From Amphiscolops sp. MND2022 (lineage: Eukaryota): a stretch of 64,000 nucleotides of DNA. Shown piece by piece: positions 13,128 to 25,967 of this stretch. The notes beneath the pieces were generated by a model. The model searched no databases. It saw only the letters and a program-made list of their open reading frames with translations, and was not told the origin of the DNA. The translations under genes were made by a program, and so were the position numbers. The stretch lies in the NCBI GenBank assembly GCA_964187785.1, contig OZ076409.1:9736001-9800000 (forward strand), read 5' to 3'. How positions within the stretch are numbered: the stretch's first letter is position 1; every line of letters begins with the position of its first letter.

Positions 13128-13880
13128 TGTAACGTCCGGCAGTCGGCGTTGCAGAAGTTTTTGAAAATTTCGATCAAAAATTCGAAATGTGCGACATCAA
13201 ACAAGCACATTCAAGATGGCCGACCCGGCAGGTACAAAAACCGTAGAGGAAGCAGAAAAAAGGCAAAACACGCCCAGAAAGACCCAACCCACCACCCAGG
13301 AACGAGAATGTCCGAGATGTCATCACCCAGAAGGCGTGAGAATCAGGAATTCGGCCATCTGACAGCAAAAAGACAGGGTTTTGGCAGAAAAGTGCCAAAT
13401 GAGACCATTGTGCCCCGAAGATGAGGAATGATGCCAGAGGCAGGAAGCCGATGATCGCCACCGAACTGTAACTGTATACTTTATTGGGGCCTATCCCCAC
13501 CTACTTTGACTGTTTATGGCGTATTTGGATAATGTTTGACCTACTAGGGCCTCATTTTAGTCCTTATTCACCAATATAATGTATTTCAGCTAGACACCTT
13601 TTTGGACCTCGGAAGTATGTAGGAGATAGCAGGAACGCGCTAAAAACCTTAGGATTTGTTTTTACAGGCTTGTGGGGCGTGTCCGGACTTTGAGAGTGCC
13701 GGCACGTCGCCTCGGAGCTCTAACTAGAGGAGCCTCCTTAGACGTTAGAAAAGTCCCCCATGGAGACCATTTTGGGATCAAAAACTAGTGTTTAGGAGTG
13801 TAGTAAGACAACGGTCTCCTGTTTAAGCACCCTAGGCATTGTCCCTCTTCCTAGATGTGCGCCGCTAGCCGGACGTTACA
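13128..13880 (+). repeat. LTR 2 (753 bp)
   Basis: Appears identical to 8788-9540 by eye; preceded by the polypurine tract. Confidence 0.93.
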
Positions 13881-14263
13881 GCAATACCATTGTCGACTAC
13901 ATCTCACATCCAACGAAGTTAAAAGGAATCGTATAGCGCTCATCATTAAATCCTAACTTAACTTTATCCAACTCAATGCTGTCTTTGTACTATTTATATA
14001 CGATGAACACCCTCCCGCAAATTGGGGATATTAGAAAAAATATATAAATAAGTTAATGCGTTAAGTGTATAAGTTAAATTGTTTAAGTTAATATGCACAG
14101 AGAAGATGTCACTTTTCCCACTCAGGTTGTGTTTCTTTGAGCGGAGCCTGAAATCCATAATCGCCAATTACTGGTTTCTTGTTCATACTTCCTTGCAAAA
14201 AATTGCAACGAATAATTGGTTTCACAAAGTTTAGATCCCAATGTGATGGACTTTTTTTCAGAA

Positions 14264-14460
14264 ATGACTAAGGGAGATGATAACTCAGCTTCGATCAACT
14301 GGCGGGCTGATCAGAGCATTGCACCTCCCTTTTTTCATCACTTGGTGACTGATGATCCATATTTGGTCCCTTATGAAGGAGATTTCCGCTATCGCTACAC
14401 TGAGTTCAAAAAATCTCTTGATGCAATCGAAGCCGATGAAGGAAGCATCTTGAAATTTGC
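14264..14460 (+). CDS. GBE1: 1,4-alpha-glucan branching enzyme, coding exon 1
   Basis: MTKGDD...DPYLVPYEGDFRYRY...EGSILKF; GTAAGT donor at 14461. Confidence 0.88.
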
Positions 14461-14524
14461 GTAAGTTCCAGTGATCATTTTTTGTTACATTTTGTCAAGT
14501 TTACAAATATTTCATTCCTTACAG

Positions 14525-14762
14525 TCAAAGCTATCATGAATATGGTCCACGTTTCCTTCACGATGGCTCGATAAGTTGGCTTGAATACGCTCCCAATGCC
14601 GAAGGAGTTTTTCTGAGAGGTGATTTCAATGAGTGGAACCGAGTTAACACACCCTTCAAGAAGTTGTCGTTTGGAAAATGGCTGCTCGAGTTGCCAGCGA
14701 AATCTGATGGTCAACCAGTGCTGAAACACTTGGATCGTGTTCGCCTCACAATTGCTTCGAAG
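14525..14762 (+). CDS. GBE1: Branching enzyme exon 2 (CBM48 region)
   Basis: QSYHEYG...WLEYAPNAEGVFLRGDFNEWNR...FGKWLLELP; CAG acceptor and GT donor; phase consistent. Missed by the ORF track. Confidence 0.93.
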
Positions 14763-15323
14763 GTTTGTCCGATCTTTTGATATCATTGCTCCAGGTCAAT
14801 GAAGAGATTTGTCAATTCAAACGACCGTTTGCCATTTTGAACATCACCATTTCACGAAACGTTTCTGATTTTTGTAGCTTCTTGCACGTTTCCTGATGAA
14901 TTAGTATTTGACGTTCTCCGAATTTTCAAAGAAGAAAAATTAAAGAGTGTCAACTTTATAAGCATTGCATTGAACTGGATCATGTATGTGGAAATCTCAG
15001 CCATTCCAATCTCGTGATAAGTTTTGAAATCTATGATTTTCCCGACTTCGCAATTTTTTGTTGCAGGTGTAAAGATTTTTCATAATTTCTAAGTTGAAAA
15101 AATATTGATTTAATATTGAGAATTGTACGACGCTGGTTTGAGGGCAAGGGAAACAAGTAATTTATTGTTGCAAAATTTATGTCTGGAAGTCAGCAAATTC
15201 CTCATACTGGAGTGGTCAAAGCCGTAATTACTCCGTTTCCCTTTTTCAAATATGAAAAGTCTCCGCGATATGTGAGAATAATGGTTTCTCGCTGTACTGA
15301 GAAAGACGGTATCTCTTTTAAAG

Positions 15324-15632
15324 GGAGGCGAACTTTTGGATCGCATATCTCCTTGGACAAAGTATGCCTTGCAGCCCGAAGGCTCGTTCACCTACGATCA
15401 ATTGATTTGGCAGCCGGAAAATCCTTATAAATTCACACATCGATCCCCAGCTTTTCCCGAGAACCTCAAGATTTACGAAGCGCACGTTGGCATAGCTTCT
15501 CCTGAAGCCCATGTTTCGAGCTACAACCACTTCACGGAGAAGGTTTTGCCCCACATTGCTGATTTGGGCTACAATTGCATACAGCTGATGGCCATTATGG
15601 AACATGCATACTACGGTTGTTTTGGATACCAA
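15324..15632 (+). CDS. GBE1: Branching enzyme exon 3
   Basis: DRISPWTKYA...LKIYEAHVGIAS...GYNCIQLMAIMEHAYYGCFGYQ; GTAAGT donor at 15633. Confidence 0.96.
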
Positions 15633-16916
15633 GTAAGTTGAACCTTTGATGATAACATTCAACAGTGATTGCTACTGACTACAATCAAGCCTTGACAACA
15701 TCTCCATTTTAAGACGAGCAATGTCTAGCATAGTGATATTAATTCAGCTATTTGTTAATTCTCCTCTTACCAAGGTTTTCAATATTTATTTATATGGTGG
15801 CACCGTTAGTGCCACTGCAAGGAGACTGCAGCTTGCAGCGTATACAACACCCTCTTCAGCTCTCTCCGAATCGCTCTCCTTTTCACACGGGCCCTTTTTG
15901 TATTTGTCTCAACATGAAAAATGGGTTTCGGTACGCACGCACGGTCGTTTTTAGTCAGCGCATTTTAGTAGAAAATGTGCCCGGCTCTTACAGTGTTTTT
16001 TTTACAGAATTTTTCAGACGCGTAAGGTCCATTTTTTTGTTCAACTTGACCAAAACATACCGCAAACCCCAGAACCTCATCCAAAATTATAAAACCGACG
16101 TCCAGAACCTCGAAAACACCTAAGGATCACCACTTTGGCTATCTTCGTGTTTTTCACATTTTTTCGGCACTATAAGACTTTTTCGAAAAATTTTTTTATT
16201 GTACCAAAGGGTCTCCCTTCGATTTTTTTGATATTTTGGAACATCAAAAGGTTCCACCTTTCAGATTTTTCGGTACTGTGAGACTGTTCAAAATTCATTT
16301 TTCATCTGATATTAGGTTTTCTCCAATACATATCCACCAATATTTTTTTCAATACTATTCGAAATTTTACCGCAATATCCGGAGTAAAGCGCTATATCCG
16401 AATTTTTGACGTTATATCCGAAGTATATTCCGTTTTACTGAGAAGGAGGCGGAGGTTCGAAAACAAGCGCTCGCATTTGTCCTAGCTGTGAAAGCAGTGG
16501 AGTATACGAGAATTTAAAATTCGAATTTTGTGATATAGAGTTTATGATGAGATAAAATGCATCGCGTAGGGAGTTATTGTTGAAATGCCAGTGTAAACTT
16601 TTAGGATTATTACAAATACAACTTGCTAATGTACAAGTTTTATTCGATTTTGTTGAAGAGATTTTAGACACTATTTCAGGATTGTTACGAAAGAGATAAC
16701 CTATTTTTTACAATCTATTCAGAGTTGTCGTATTTTAGAAATTATTAAGAACTGACATTACAGTGAAGAAGAAACTAAGCAAAATAACTTAAATTGAGAA
16801 CAATCAATATCCGTAACCTGAGTAATACCATATATCAAAGAATAGTAAAATATATAACAAAGAATAGTAACAGAATAATAAAATATGCAATGATGTCTAG
16901 ATGCACAATCAATAAT

Positions 16917-17505
16917 AACAAGACGGGAACGTCTAAAGTCGGCGCTATATCTAAGGCTCAAAAAAACGCTAAGTTTTTAAACTTGTAAAAGGGGGACCCT
17001 TTCGGCTTTTTGAAAATCCAGTCTGTTGCAAAATATCAAAAAAAAATTGAAGGAGACAATAGAAAAATTCGGATTTTTTTAAAAAAAACTTTCGAAAAAA
17101 CGAAAAATGAAAATTTTGAAACAGTCTCACAGTGCCGAAAAACTAGAAAGGGGGACCCTTTGGGCTTTTTGAAACTTCAGTTTGCTGCAAAATATCAAAA
17201 AACTTGAAGGGGGGACCGTTTGGCGACAAAAGAAAATTCTAAAAAAAAGTCGCACAGTGCCGAACAAAAATCAAAGGGGGGACCCTGTAGTCCCGTCCGG
17301 TTTTGTATCTTACGTTAAAAATTGAGTACACGAAAACGGGGACCCTTTGCAGTAACTCAGATGTGATTCCGCTTGCCGGTTCAGTACTTTTAGTAGTTCT
17401 GTAAAAAGTGTCCACTACGCATACATTCTGTGGTCTGACGAAAAAAAAAAAACTTGCCACTGTAATAGTCGGGCTCATTTTCTTCTAAAATGCGCCGACT
17501 AAAAA
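16917..17505 (-). mobile_element. Helentron-associated interspersed element (HINE / DINE-1-like), full length
   Basis: Minus strand: TTTTT-AGTCGGCGC...CCCGACT at the 5' end and GCGCCGACT-TT-AGACG-TTCC-CGTCT-TGTT at the 3' end (subTIRs plus terminal hairpin); no TSD seen. Confidence 0.75.
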
Positions 17506-17579
17506 TGTTTTAAACATGAAAACTAATACGTCCGCGGCAAAAAGGTACAGTTTGATGGGCCGTAATTTGGCAGACCTTT

Positions 17580-18857
17580 TTATTCAAGGCAATACTTTTT
17601 TGCGGACATGAACTCAAGCTCATACTCGAGGCAGTTTTGTTTCCGTTGATAGTTGTTGGTAGCCTCGCCAGTGTTAGCATCAGGTTGAGGGATAACAGTG
17701 TTAAAATTGTTGGCATCTCCGTTGGAAGTGTCAGATGCTCGTGTAGTAATACCGGTCGATGATGTTCCTCTTCCAGCGCTATTGATAGAAGGTATTCTTT
17801 GACCGGTTCCACTAGTCGTAGCCTGTTGGAAGGAAGTTTGGGGTGGTGTATGAGGTCGGGGAACAACATAACCAGCTTGAACTGTCCCGGGAGTATCGGG
17901 GACAACAGCGCTGATGCGCTTTGTATTGCAAATCTTTATAACTTGTCTCGCTGCAAAATGTAAGGTTGTATTACATCCATTGAGATAACATGCAACGGGG
18001 AGTTGTTGGACCCCATTGCAACAGCAGCTGTGGAAGGCTTCAACCAACCGTGAATTCGGAAACTGCCATTTTCATTTATTAATGACACAATTTATAACTG
18101 CATCCTCGAAGTCGAACTCATAAAAATTGTCAGTATCTGGGACGAGAGAGTTATAACTGTCACTGAAAACCGTAACGACGCGTTTTGAAGTGAAATAAAC
18201 ACTAAGGGAGCCGACGCGCTCTCCTTTCAGTTCATCACAAACTAATTCTATTGTGACACCCGAAGAATGTTTTTTCAAGTCAGTTTCTTTACAGCCACAT
18301 AGTTCCTTCAATATTTGACCGTCACAAAATTTACCACTACATAGCTAAGACACTGTACAAACTGATATGACTTGAAGGGTTACCGTTTTGAAGCAAAAAT
18401 GTTGGAAATCTGCCATTTTAAGAGAGTATTTTGGCAGCAGAGCTGAACATTCTTGAAGGAATATAGGGACTACAGGCTCGGCAGTAGTCAATAAGGGATT
18501 GTCTGAGTCTTGCAAAAATTTTTCGTCTCGGTGACGCGGATTCAGTAGTAAACATGTTGCACCGGTTGTAGATTGGGCGAGAAACGTAACAATTGGGAAG
18601 TTTTGGCGTCGTTGGAAGTGAACATCCCGAAAACTTTCATTACCTCCTTCAGCAAAAAGCAAGAAGCGATGGAAAGCTGCCTCCATAATTTTTGCTTTCT
18701 CCCGGATCCGATACATCCTTACTGGGGTCGGTGTCTTCTTCGTCCTTTGAGAACCTTCTTTGGGAATTATAACATCATCCAATGTCACACCTGAGAATCT
18801 GGAGCTCACCAAATTCATGGCACGTTCCAACGATAAATTAGCAGAAATCAGAGGCAT
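17580..18857 (-). pseudogene. Decayed ORF-B of an unclassified element; Cys motif CSGKFCDGQ-x5-CGC, GWLKP motif, Ser/Thr/Pro-rich tail
   Basis: ORF-track pieces 18345-18866, 18072-18311 and 17580-18047 join through a stop and frameshifts into one ~420-codon reading. Confidence 0.55.
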
Positions 18858-19389
18858 TGTACACAAATCTGAAGCTAGTAGACGATCAGATGTAAGAATG
18901 AATCTTGTTGATGCAATTTTAAATTAAAAGCAAGGAAACCTAAATATTTATATTCGTTCATCAACAATGTTAAAAGTCCGTTATGAAGGCTATCAGAGGA
19001 AATGGTAGCCTTGATGAACAGTATGTATACGGTTCAGTAGTTTATTGAATCTATTGAAAAACTTTACGGAGTTCAATCATGAAAGTATTGTATTGAATAC
19101 TTTGAGAGTACAATGAACTATGGAGCATAAATTATGATCGCGTTAAAAAATAATAGTGTATATAAAAAAAACTAACGAAAACGTTATTAACGAATCGTTT
19201 AATTTCACATTTTATTTTAAACAACTTTCAATTTATGAGTTGATCATTACTACAAAATATAAGCCTCATCAAATGATTGATTCACAATAATTACATATGA
19301 TCGTTTTCGAACAACTACAGAAAAAAGCTCAAAGACTAATTTGAAAGTTTCACAAAGTAATCATACATTGATCACTTACAATGATAAGA

Positions 19390-20610
19390 GATAAGTTAAT
19401 GACAAATCCTAATGAATTTTTCGATTGGACAGGAAAGAAAAATAGCAGATATCTCTGGAAATAGTTGCAGGCCACCAGTTGCATGCGATTACCTGAGAGA
19501 TGAATTTTTCATGTTACAGGTACAGACTTGCCGAGAAAATTCTCACCAGTTAGCTGAGTACCTTGTTGGAATCAGATTGGTTTGTAGATGAAATTTATTG
19601 GCACCTGTCGAATATGGTAATGAGAAATATCGTTGTTCATTTGTTATTCATGGTAGGCTGTTCGTATCATGGGTTATGAAGACAGGTTACTAGGGCCGAG
19701 ATATCCCAGACCAGACTTTTGAGAGAACAAAAATCAAATTAATACGGGAGCGACCGGTATCACTGTGTTCACAGGTTGCTCCCGCATTGGGAAATTTCAA
19801 CCGTAGTGAGTTTTCCCACCACAACGATTTGCAGCATAATTTCTTGATTATTCGGAAAAGCGCAATGAATGGATTGGTGTGCAAGAATAACAACGTCTTC
19901 GGGGCTTGCAGATCTATTCGTCCTGACATCAAAGGCGACATTTGAGTGTATTTGTTGTTCTAATTGCATGCGCTGTCGTTCGTTATTGGACATGTCGGCT
20001 GTGTCGAATCCTGTAATGTAAGGAAATACACCCCCAAGGACGTCGTTGAATCGGCTTTGTAAATGATGCTCCTTGTCCAGCATTATGCTCATACAAACGT
20101 CGTGACAGACAGCGTTTCTCCGACGTAAACCAAATTTGGATAGGGACAACTAACAAGAATATACACATAACCGAGTTTGGAAATAGGTAGACATCGGAAA
20201 AAAGGTTTGAATTGTATTGTTTCACAGTGAAGAATTGGTCACGAGTGGGGCCTGCTTCTGACATCATTATTTCCAGGAAGCTTTCAATGTAAGTAGTTTG
20301 ATGGGAAATTCGACCAATTGTGAGCTTAAAGGTATTCATCTTGTCATCTTTTGGACCAACGAATGTTATGTTACTCAGATTTTGTACACGACCATCAAGA
20401 CAAATAGTTGTTCTCGATGTCAAATGGAGTAACTGCGGTCAGTCGGTGAGATTTTAGTCTGAGTTGATGGAAGAGTACAACCTATTGCTATGTGAATTGT
20501 ACTAGAAATATAATTTTTCAAAGGAAACTGAGTTCGTCTGATGGATATGTGAAGATAGGAAATCATATTCCCAGTTCGTCTTATGAGCACTGGTCTCCAG
20601 CCATATGCCA
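19390..20610 (-). pseudogene. Decayed ORF-C of an unclassified element (unknown function)
   Basis: Overlapping frameshifted minus-strand ORFs (19983-20423, 19769-20149, 19690-19941) with protein-like composition. Boundaries are approximate. Confidence 0.4.
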
Positions 20611-22153
20611 AACTTTTCAAAATTTGATAAGGAATTGTTGATGGCATCGTGCCAAATGATGGTGGGTCGATCATTGTTGAAATTGGCATTCTTTAGGGCA
20701 TGCTTCAACTTTTTGTTAAGAGAACTTGCACCAATCACATTGAACTTCATCATAGCCACTTGAAATGAAAGAGATCATTTGGACTACGCACATGTATTCG
20801 CTTAACAAACCCGCTAAAGTATTGAACATTCGAAAGAACAAGCTAGCTACTCGTTCATCAATAACTTTGTACGTAACTTTCAATCCAAATCAGAAAATTA
20901 AAAAACGTTCCGGACAAATGAGGCCGAGTATAACTCTTGCCGTAACGGTTATAGAATTTTCGATTAGTTAAAGCCGATTTAACGTACGTTGAGAACTTAC
21001 TAAATATGTATATCAAAACTAGGCCGAGCATTGCTCATGTTGAATAAAAAACAAAAATTTAAATCATCGAGGTTGAGTATTACCCATGCTGTTTAAATTT
21101 AGAAATGATAAGCTGAACAGAAAACGTTCACGTACTAAAGTTCAATGTAAAGTATATAAAATAAAGGAGTTAAATAAAGTAAATTAATGAGATAAACTAA
21201 AGCTGTTATTTTATACCATTCTTTTGATCTTCGTATGTTGCTCTAACTCGGCGTCGTACCTGTAAAACAAATAGATTTTAGACAACAATGAGAAATAATT
21301 TTTAAAGGAAACTACATTATAAAATGAGAATGTACCAAAGTGTCTCCCCTTCAATTTTTGAGATTTTGGAACATAATAGATGTTTGAAAATTCCAAAGAG
21401 TTCCCCGTTTCAGATTTTTTGGCATTATGAGACTTATCAAATTTCATTTTTCATCTGATATCAGGTTTTCTCAATACGTATCCACCAATCAATACTATCC
21501 GAAGTTTGAACTCAATATTCGGAGTAAAGCGCTATATCCGAATTTTTGACGTCATATGACGTTTTTTTTACCGTTGACTACTCATTTGTTGGGTGGTGCT
21601 GCAGTTGTTACAATCAGAGACTTTTAGCAAACATGCCACAGTTTTGGCATTTGGTAACAAATCGTCTCCTTCGAGGAGGCAATTTGCAAATCATGATCTG
21701 AAAGACAAAAAAATCTTTTGAATGTAATGAAATGAAATATCGATGGGCCCATATGTAGACTGGTCATTAGTAGACGTATAATCGTAACCGAAAAGTATGC
21801 TCTCAAATTGTATAATTGTTGCAAAAGTTCATGAAAATCGTAATCTAAGTAAACCATTATGAATCACTTTTTGAAATGAGTTTCAAGTAGATTAGAAAGA
21901 CTAAAGAACTCGATCAGTTAATCAAAAGTTTTCAAGAGTTAATAAAAACGTTTTCAATTTAACAAACGCGCATTAGACAAACGCAAAACTAATAGGATTC
22001 AACTCATCATCAGTAAATGAAAACAGTAAATCGCAAGTCACAATGCGTTAATAAACAGTTCACAATTTAAACGAAAGTGTTTAAAAAGCTGATCACAAAA
22101 CAGAAATCTAGCTTCCATGTTGCATCAAACAACTGAACGCAACAACAAAGAAC

Positions 22154-22747
22154 TATTTATTAAAATTCAATTTTCCAAGATACTGTCTCTTTGACGGCCG
22201 ATTTTTTCCAGGAATTCGCCATTTTCCAGGACCTCTGGTCAGTCCAATTAAACTTTGGCATAGCTGCAGAATCTCGAAACATTTAAATTCTAAGTTTTTG
22301 TTTGGATGGAGAACTGTAGTATCATTAGATTTATATTCTGGCGGCAGATATCTTTCATGTCCAGGTAAATTATTCCTGGCGGTGACCCATCCGGGAGGCA
22401 GGAATTAAAGTAAATCACAGAATCATTCCTGAGGAAAAACAGGAAGGCAACAACACCATATGCTCTGCATTCGTCTAGGTAATCATACAATTCTTTTCTA
22501 CTGAGAGCCAAACTCTTTAAAAAATTTGATGAGGAATTGTGGATGGCATCGTGCCAAATGATGGTGGGTCGATCATTGTTGAATTTGGCATTCTTTAGGG
22601 CATGCTTCAACTTTTTGTTTGGATATCCTTTAACATCTCTAGTGAATGCCTTCCCTGGTTCTGATTTTGTTTCATTTGGTCTTTTGTCAGGCCCTAATGT
22701 TTTATTTTGCCAAGAGAACTTGCACCAATTACATTGAACTTCAACAT
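22154..22747 (-). pseudogene. SGNH/GDSL hydrolase-like ORF, copy A (others at ~24156-24746, 26432-26728, 20620-20753)
   Basis: Stitched reading gives MLKFNVIGASS (block I-like), SEPGKAF (II), IIWHDAI(H/N)NS (III) and DTTVLHP (V), in SGNH order; frameshifted. Confidence 0.55.
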
Positions 22748-24899
22748 AGCCACTTGAAATGAAAGACAGATCATTTGGACTACGCCCATGTATTCGCTTA
22801 AAAAACCAGCTAAAGTATTGAACATTCGAAAGAACAAGCTAGCTACTCATTCATCAATAACTCTGTACGTAACTTTCAATCCAAATCAGAAAATTAAAAA
22901 ACGTTCCGGACAAATGAGGCCAAGTGTAACTCTTGCCGTAATGGTTATAGAATTCTCGATTAGTTAAAGCCGATTTAACGTACGTTGAGAACTTACTAAA
23001 TATGTATATCAAAACTAGGCCGAGCATTGCTCATGTTGAATAAAAAACAATTTAAATCATCGAGGTTGAGTATTACCCATGCTGTTTAAAATTAGAAATG
23101 ATAAGCTGAACAGAAAACGTTCACGTACTAAAGTTCAATGTAAAGTATATAAAATAAAGGAATTAAATAAAGTAAATTAATGAGATAAACTAAAGCTGTT
23201 ATTTAATACCATTCTTTTGATCTTCGTATGTTGCTCTAACTCGGCGTCGTACCTGTAAAACAAATAGATTTTAGACAACAATGAGAAATAACTTTAAAAG
23301 GAAACTACATTATAAAATGAGAATGTACCAAAGTGTCTCCCCTTCAATTTTTGAGATTTTGGAACATAACAGATGTTTGAAAATTCCAAAGAGTTCCCCC
23401 TTTCAGATTTTTTGGCATTATGAGACTTATCAAATTTCATTTTTCATCTGATATCAGGTTTTCTCAATACATATCCACCAATCAATACTATCCGAAATTT
23501 GAACTCAATATTCGGAGTAAAGCGCTATATCCGAATTTTTGACGTCATATGACGTTTTTTTTACCGTTGACTACTCATTTGTTGGGTGGTGCTGCAGTTG
23601 TTACAATCAGAGAGACTTTTAGCAAACATGCCACAGTTTGGGCATTTGGTAACAGATCGTCTCCTTCGAGGAGGCAATTTGCAAATCACGATCTGAGAGA
23701 CAAAAAACTTTTGAATGTAATGAAATGAAATATCGATGGGCCCATATGTAGACGGGTCATTAGTAGACGTATAATCGTAACCAAAAAGTATGCTCTCAAA
23801 TTGTATAATTGTTGCAAAAGTTCATGAAAATCGTAATCTAAGTGAACCATTATGAATCACTTTTTGAAATGAGTTTCAAGTAGATTAGAAAGACTAAAGA
23901 ACTCGATCAGTTAATCAAAAGTTTCCAAGAGTTAATAAAAACGTTTTCAATTTAACAAACGCGCATTAAACAAACGCAAAACTAATAGGATTCAACTCAT
24001 CATCAGTAAATGAAAACAGTAAATCGCAAGTCACAATGCGTTGAAAAACAGTTCAGAATTTAAACGAAAGTGTTTAAAAAAGGTGATCACAAAACAGAAA
24101 TCTAGCTTCAATGTTGCATCAAACAACTGAACGCAACAACACAACACAAAGAACTATTTATTAAAATTCAGTTTTCCAAGATACTGTCGCTTTGACGGCC
24201 GATTTTTTTCAGGAATTCGCCGTTTTCCAGGACCTTTGGTCAGTCCAATTAAACTTTCGCATAGCTGCAGAATCTCGAAACATTTAATTTCTAAGTTTTT
24301 GTTTGGATGGGGAACTGTAGTATCATAAGATTTATATTCTGGCGGCAGATATCTTTCATGTCCAGGTAAATTATTCCTGGCGGTGACCCATCCGGGAGGC
24401 AGGAATTCAAGTCAATCACAGAATCATTCCTGCGGAAAAACAGGAAGGCAACAACACCATATGCTCTGCATTCGTCTAGGATATCATACAATTCTTTTCT
24501 AGTGAGAGCCAAACTCTTTAAAATTTGATAAGGAATTGTTGATGGCATCGTGCCAAATGATGAGGGGTCGATCATTGTTGAAATTGGCATTCTTTAGGGC
24601 ATGCTTCAACTTTTTGTTTGGATATCCTTTATCATCTCTAGTGATTGCCATCCCTGGTTCTGATTTTTTTGTTTCAATTGGTCTTTTGTCAGGCCCTAAT
24701 GTTTTATTTCAAGAGAACTTGCACCAGTTACATTGAACTTCAACATAGCCACTTGAAATAAAAGACAGATCATTTGGACTACGTACATGTATTCGCTTAA
24801 CAAACCCGCTAAACCCGCGGACAAATGAGGCCGTGTATAACTCTTGCCGTAAAGTGTTATAGAATTCTCGATTAGTTAAAGCCGATTTAACGTACGTTG

Positions 24900-25967
24900 A
24901 AAACTTACTGAATATGTACCCGCTTTCATATGGTGTGCAACTTAAGACTGTATAACAGCGGGCGCAAGTCTGTCGGTACATTTTTGGGGATATGAACCAG
25001 TAGCGGGATTTGTAGGAGAATGAACGTATTGGAGATGAGACCCTCTGTTGTGGTCACAACAGATTACTATTAAAGGGCCGTGTTATCTACTAAGATAAAT
25101 AGGTTTACTCATGAAACCATGGTGGTCTTCGTCGTCTAGCCAATCAGACCGAGCTCCTTTTAGATGTTTCCTGTAATCTGCGCTAAAAAATGTAAAGGAA
25201 GGGAAAAGCTTATTAAGGAAATGTTGCAATGAAATGTAACCAATGTATTTTTTGTCTGTGAACGTAGTGCATCCGAAGGGACATCTCACATCAAGAAAAG
25301 CAGTTTTTTGTGAGAGTCTTCATTTTCATCTAGAATATTTCTCTTTTATTTCGTTTAATTTCAACTTCAACGGTAACATCTGCAAAGTTACAATGTGGAG
25401 AGTTAGAAAAGGCTGAGTGTCGTAACAAATGCTGCCAAAAGATCTGTAAAGACGGTGGTATTATTTGCCAAATGTGAACCCCATGTGTTGGTTTTTCAAC
25501 AGATAATAAACAAGTTAACAGAGCAGATGGCCAGCCGAATTCCCATCTGTCTGATGTAGTAGTTCTGCTCAAATAGGTAAAACATAATTCACAAACGAGA
25601 ACACTGACTCCAGATCCAACTTTCGCCCCTAGTCTCCTTTTCACTATTGAGTTAACAGACACCTCTAGCAACGGACCACATATAAGACGGGACATTTACA
25701 ACATTCTTCTTCAGTAACCGGGATCTGATCTAATTCACTGAGATCGGGAAATAGTGATTCTGCATTACTGCTGGGTATGGCTGAAACAATTGGTGAACTT
25801 ACAGTTTGTGATTCCACTGAGGCCGAGATTACTTCGTTCTCAGACCGTTGACTACTCATTTGTTGGGTGGTGCTGCAGTTGTTACAATCAGAGAGACTTT
25901 TAGCAAACATGCCACAATTTGGGCATTTGGTAACAGGTCTCTTTCGAGGAGGCAATTTGCAAATCAT
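24900..25967 (-). pseudogene. Decayed ORF-A of an unclassified element; N-terminal part of a large Cys-rich protein
   Basis: CPNC..CNNC, CELC...GWPSA, RCPFGC...LKGARSDWL and HGPLIVICCDHNRG...YVHSPTNP read colinearly across stops and frameshifts; truncated near 24900. Confidence 0.55.

Larger units (their letters stand above)
8525..13880 (+). mobile_element. Non-autonomous LTR retroelement (LARD-like, probably Gypsy-mobilised) with an extra 3'-internal fragment before the first LTR
   Basis: Two 753-bp LTRs, a PBS-like TGGCGACCACAGAGGGA at 9557-9573, a purine tract GGGGAGGA before each LTR, and a 3.6-kb interior with no recognisable gag/pol ORF. Confidence 0.85.

Noticed and set aside
8809..13500. 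Duplicated 91-aa and 108-aa ORFs
   Set aside because: They lie inside the two LTRs and carry no recognisable motifs; incidental ORFs.
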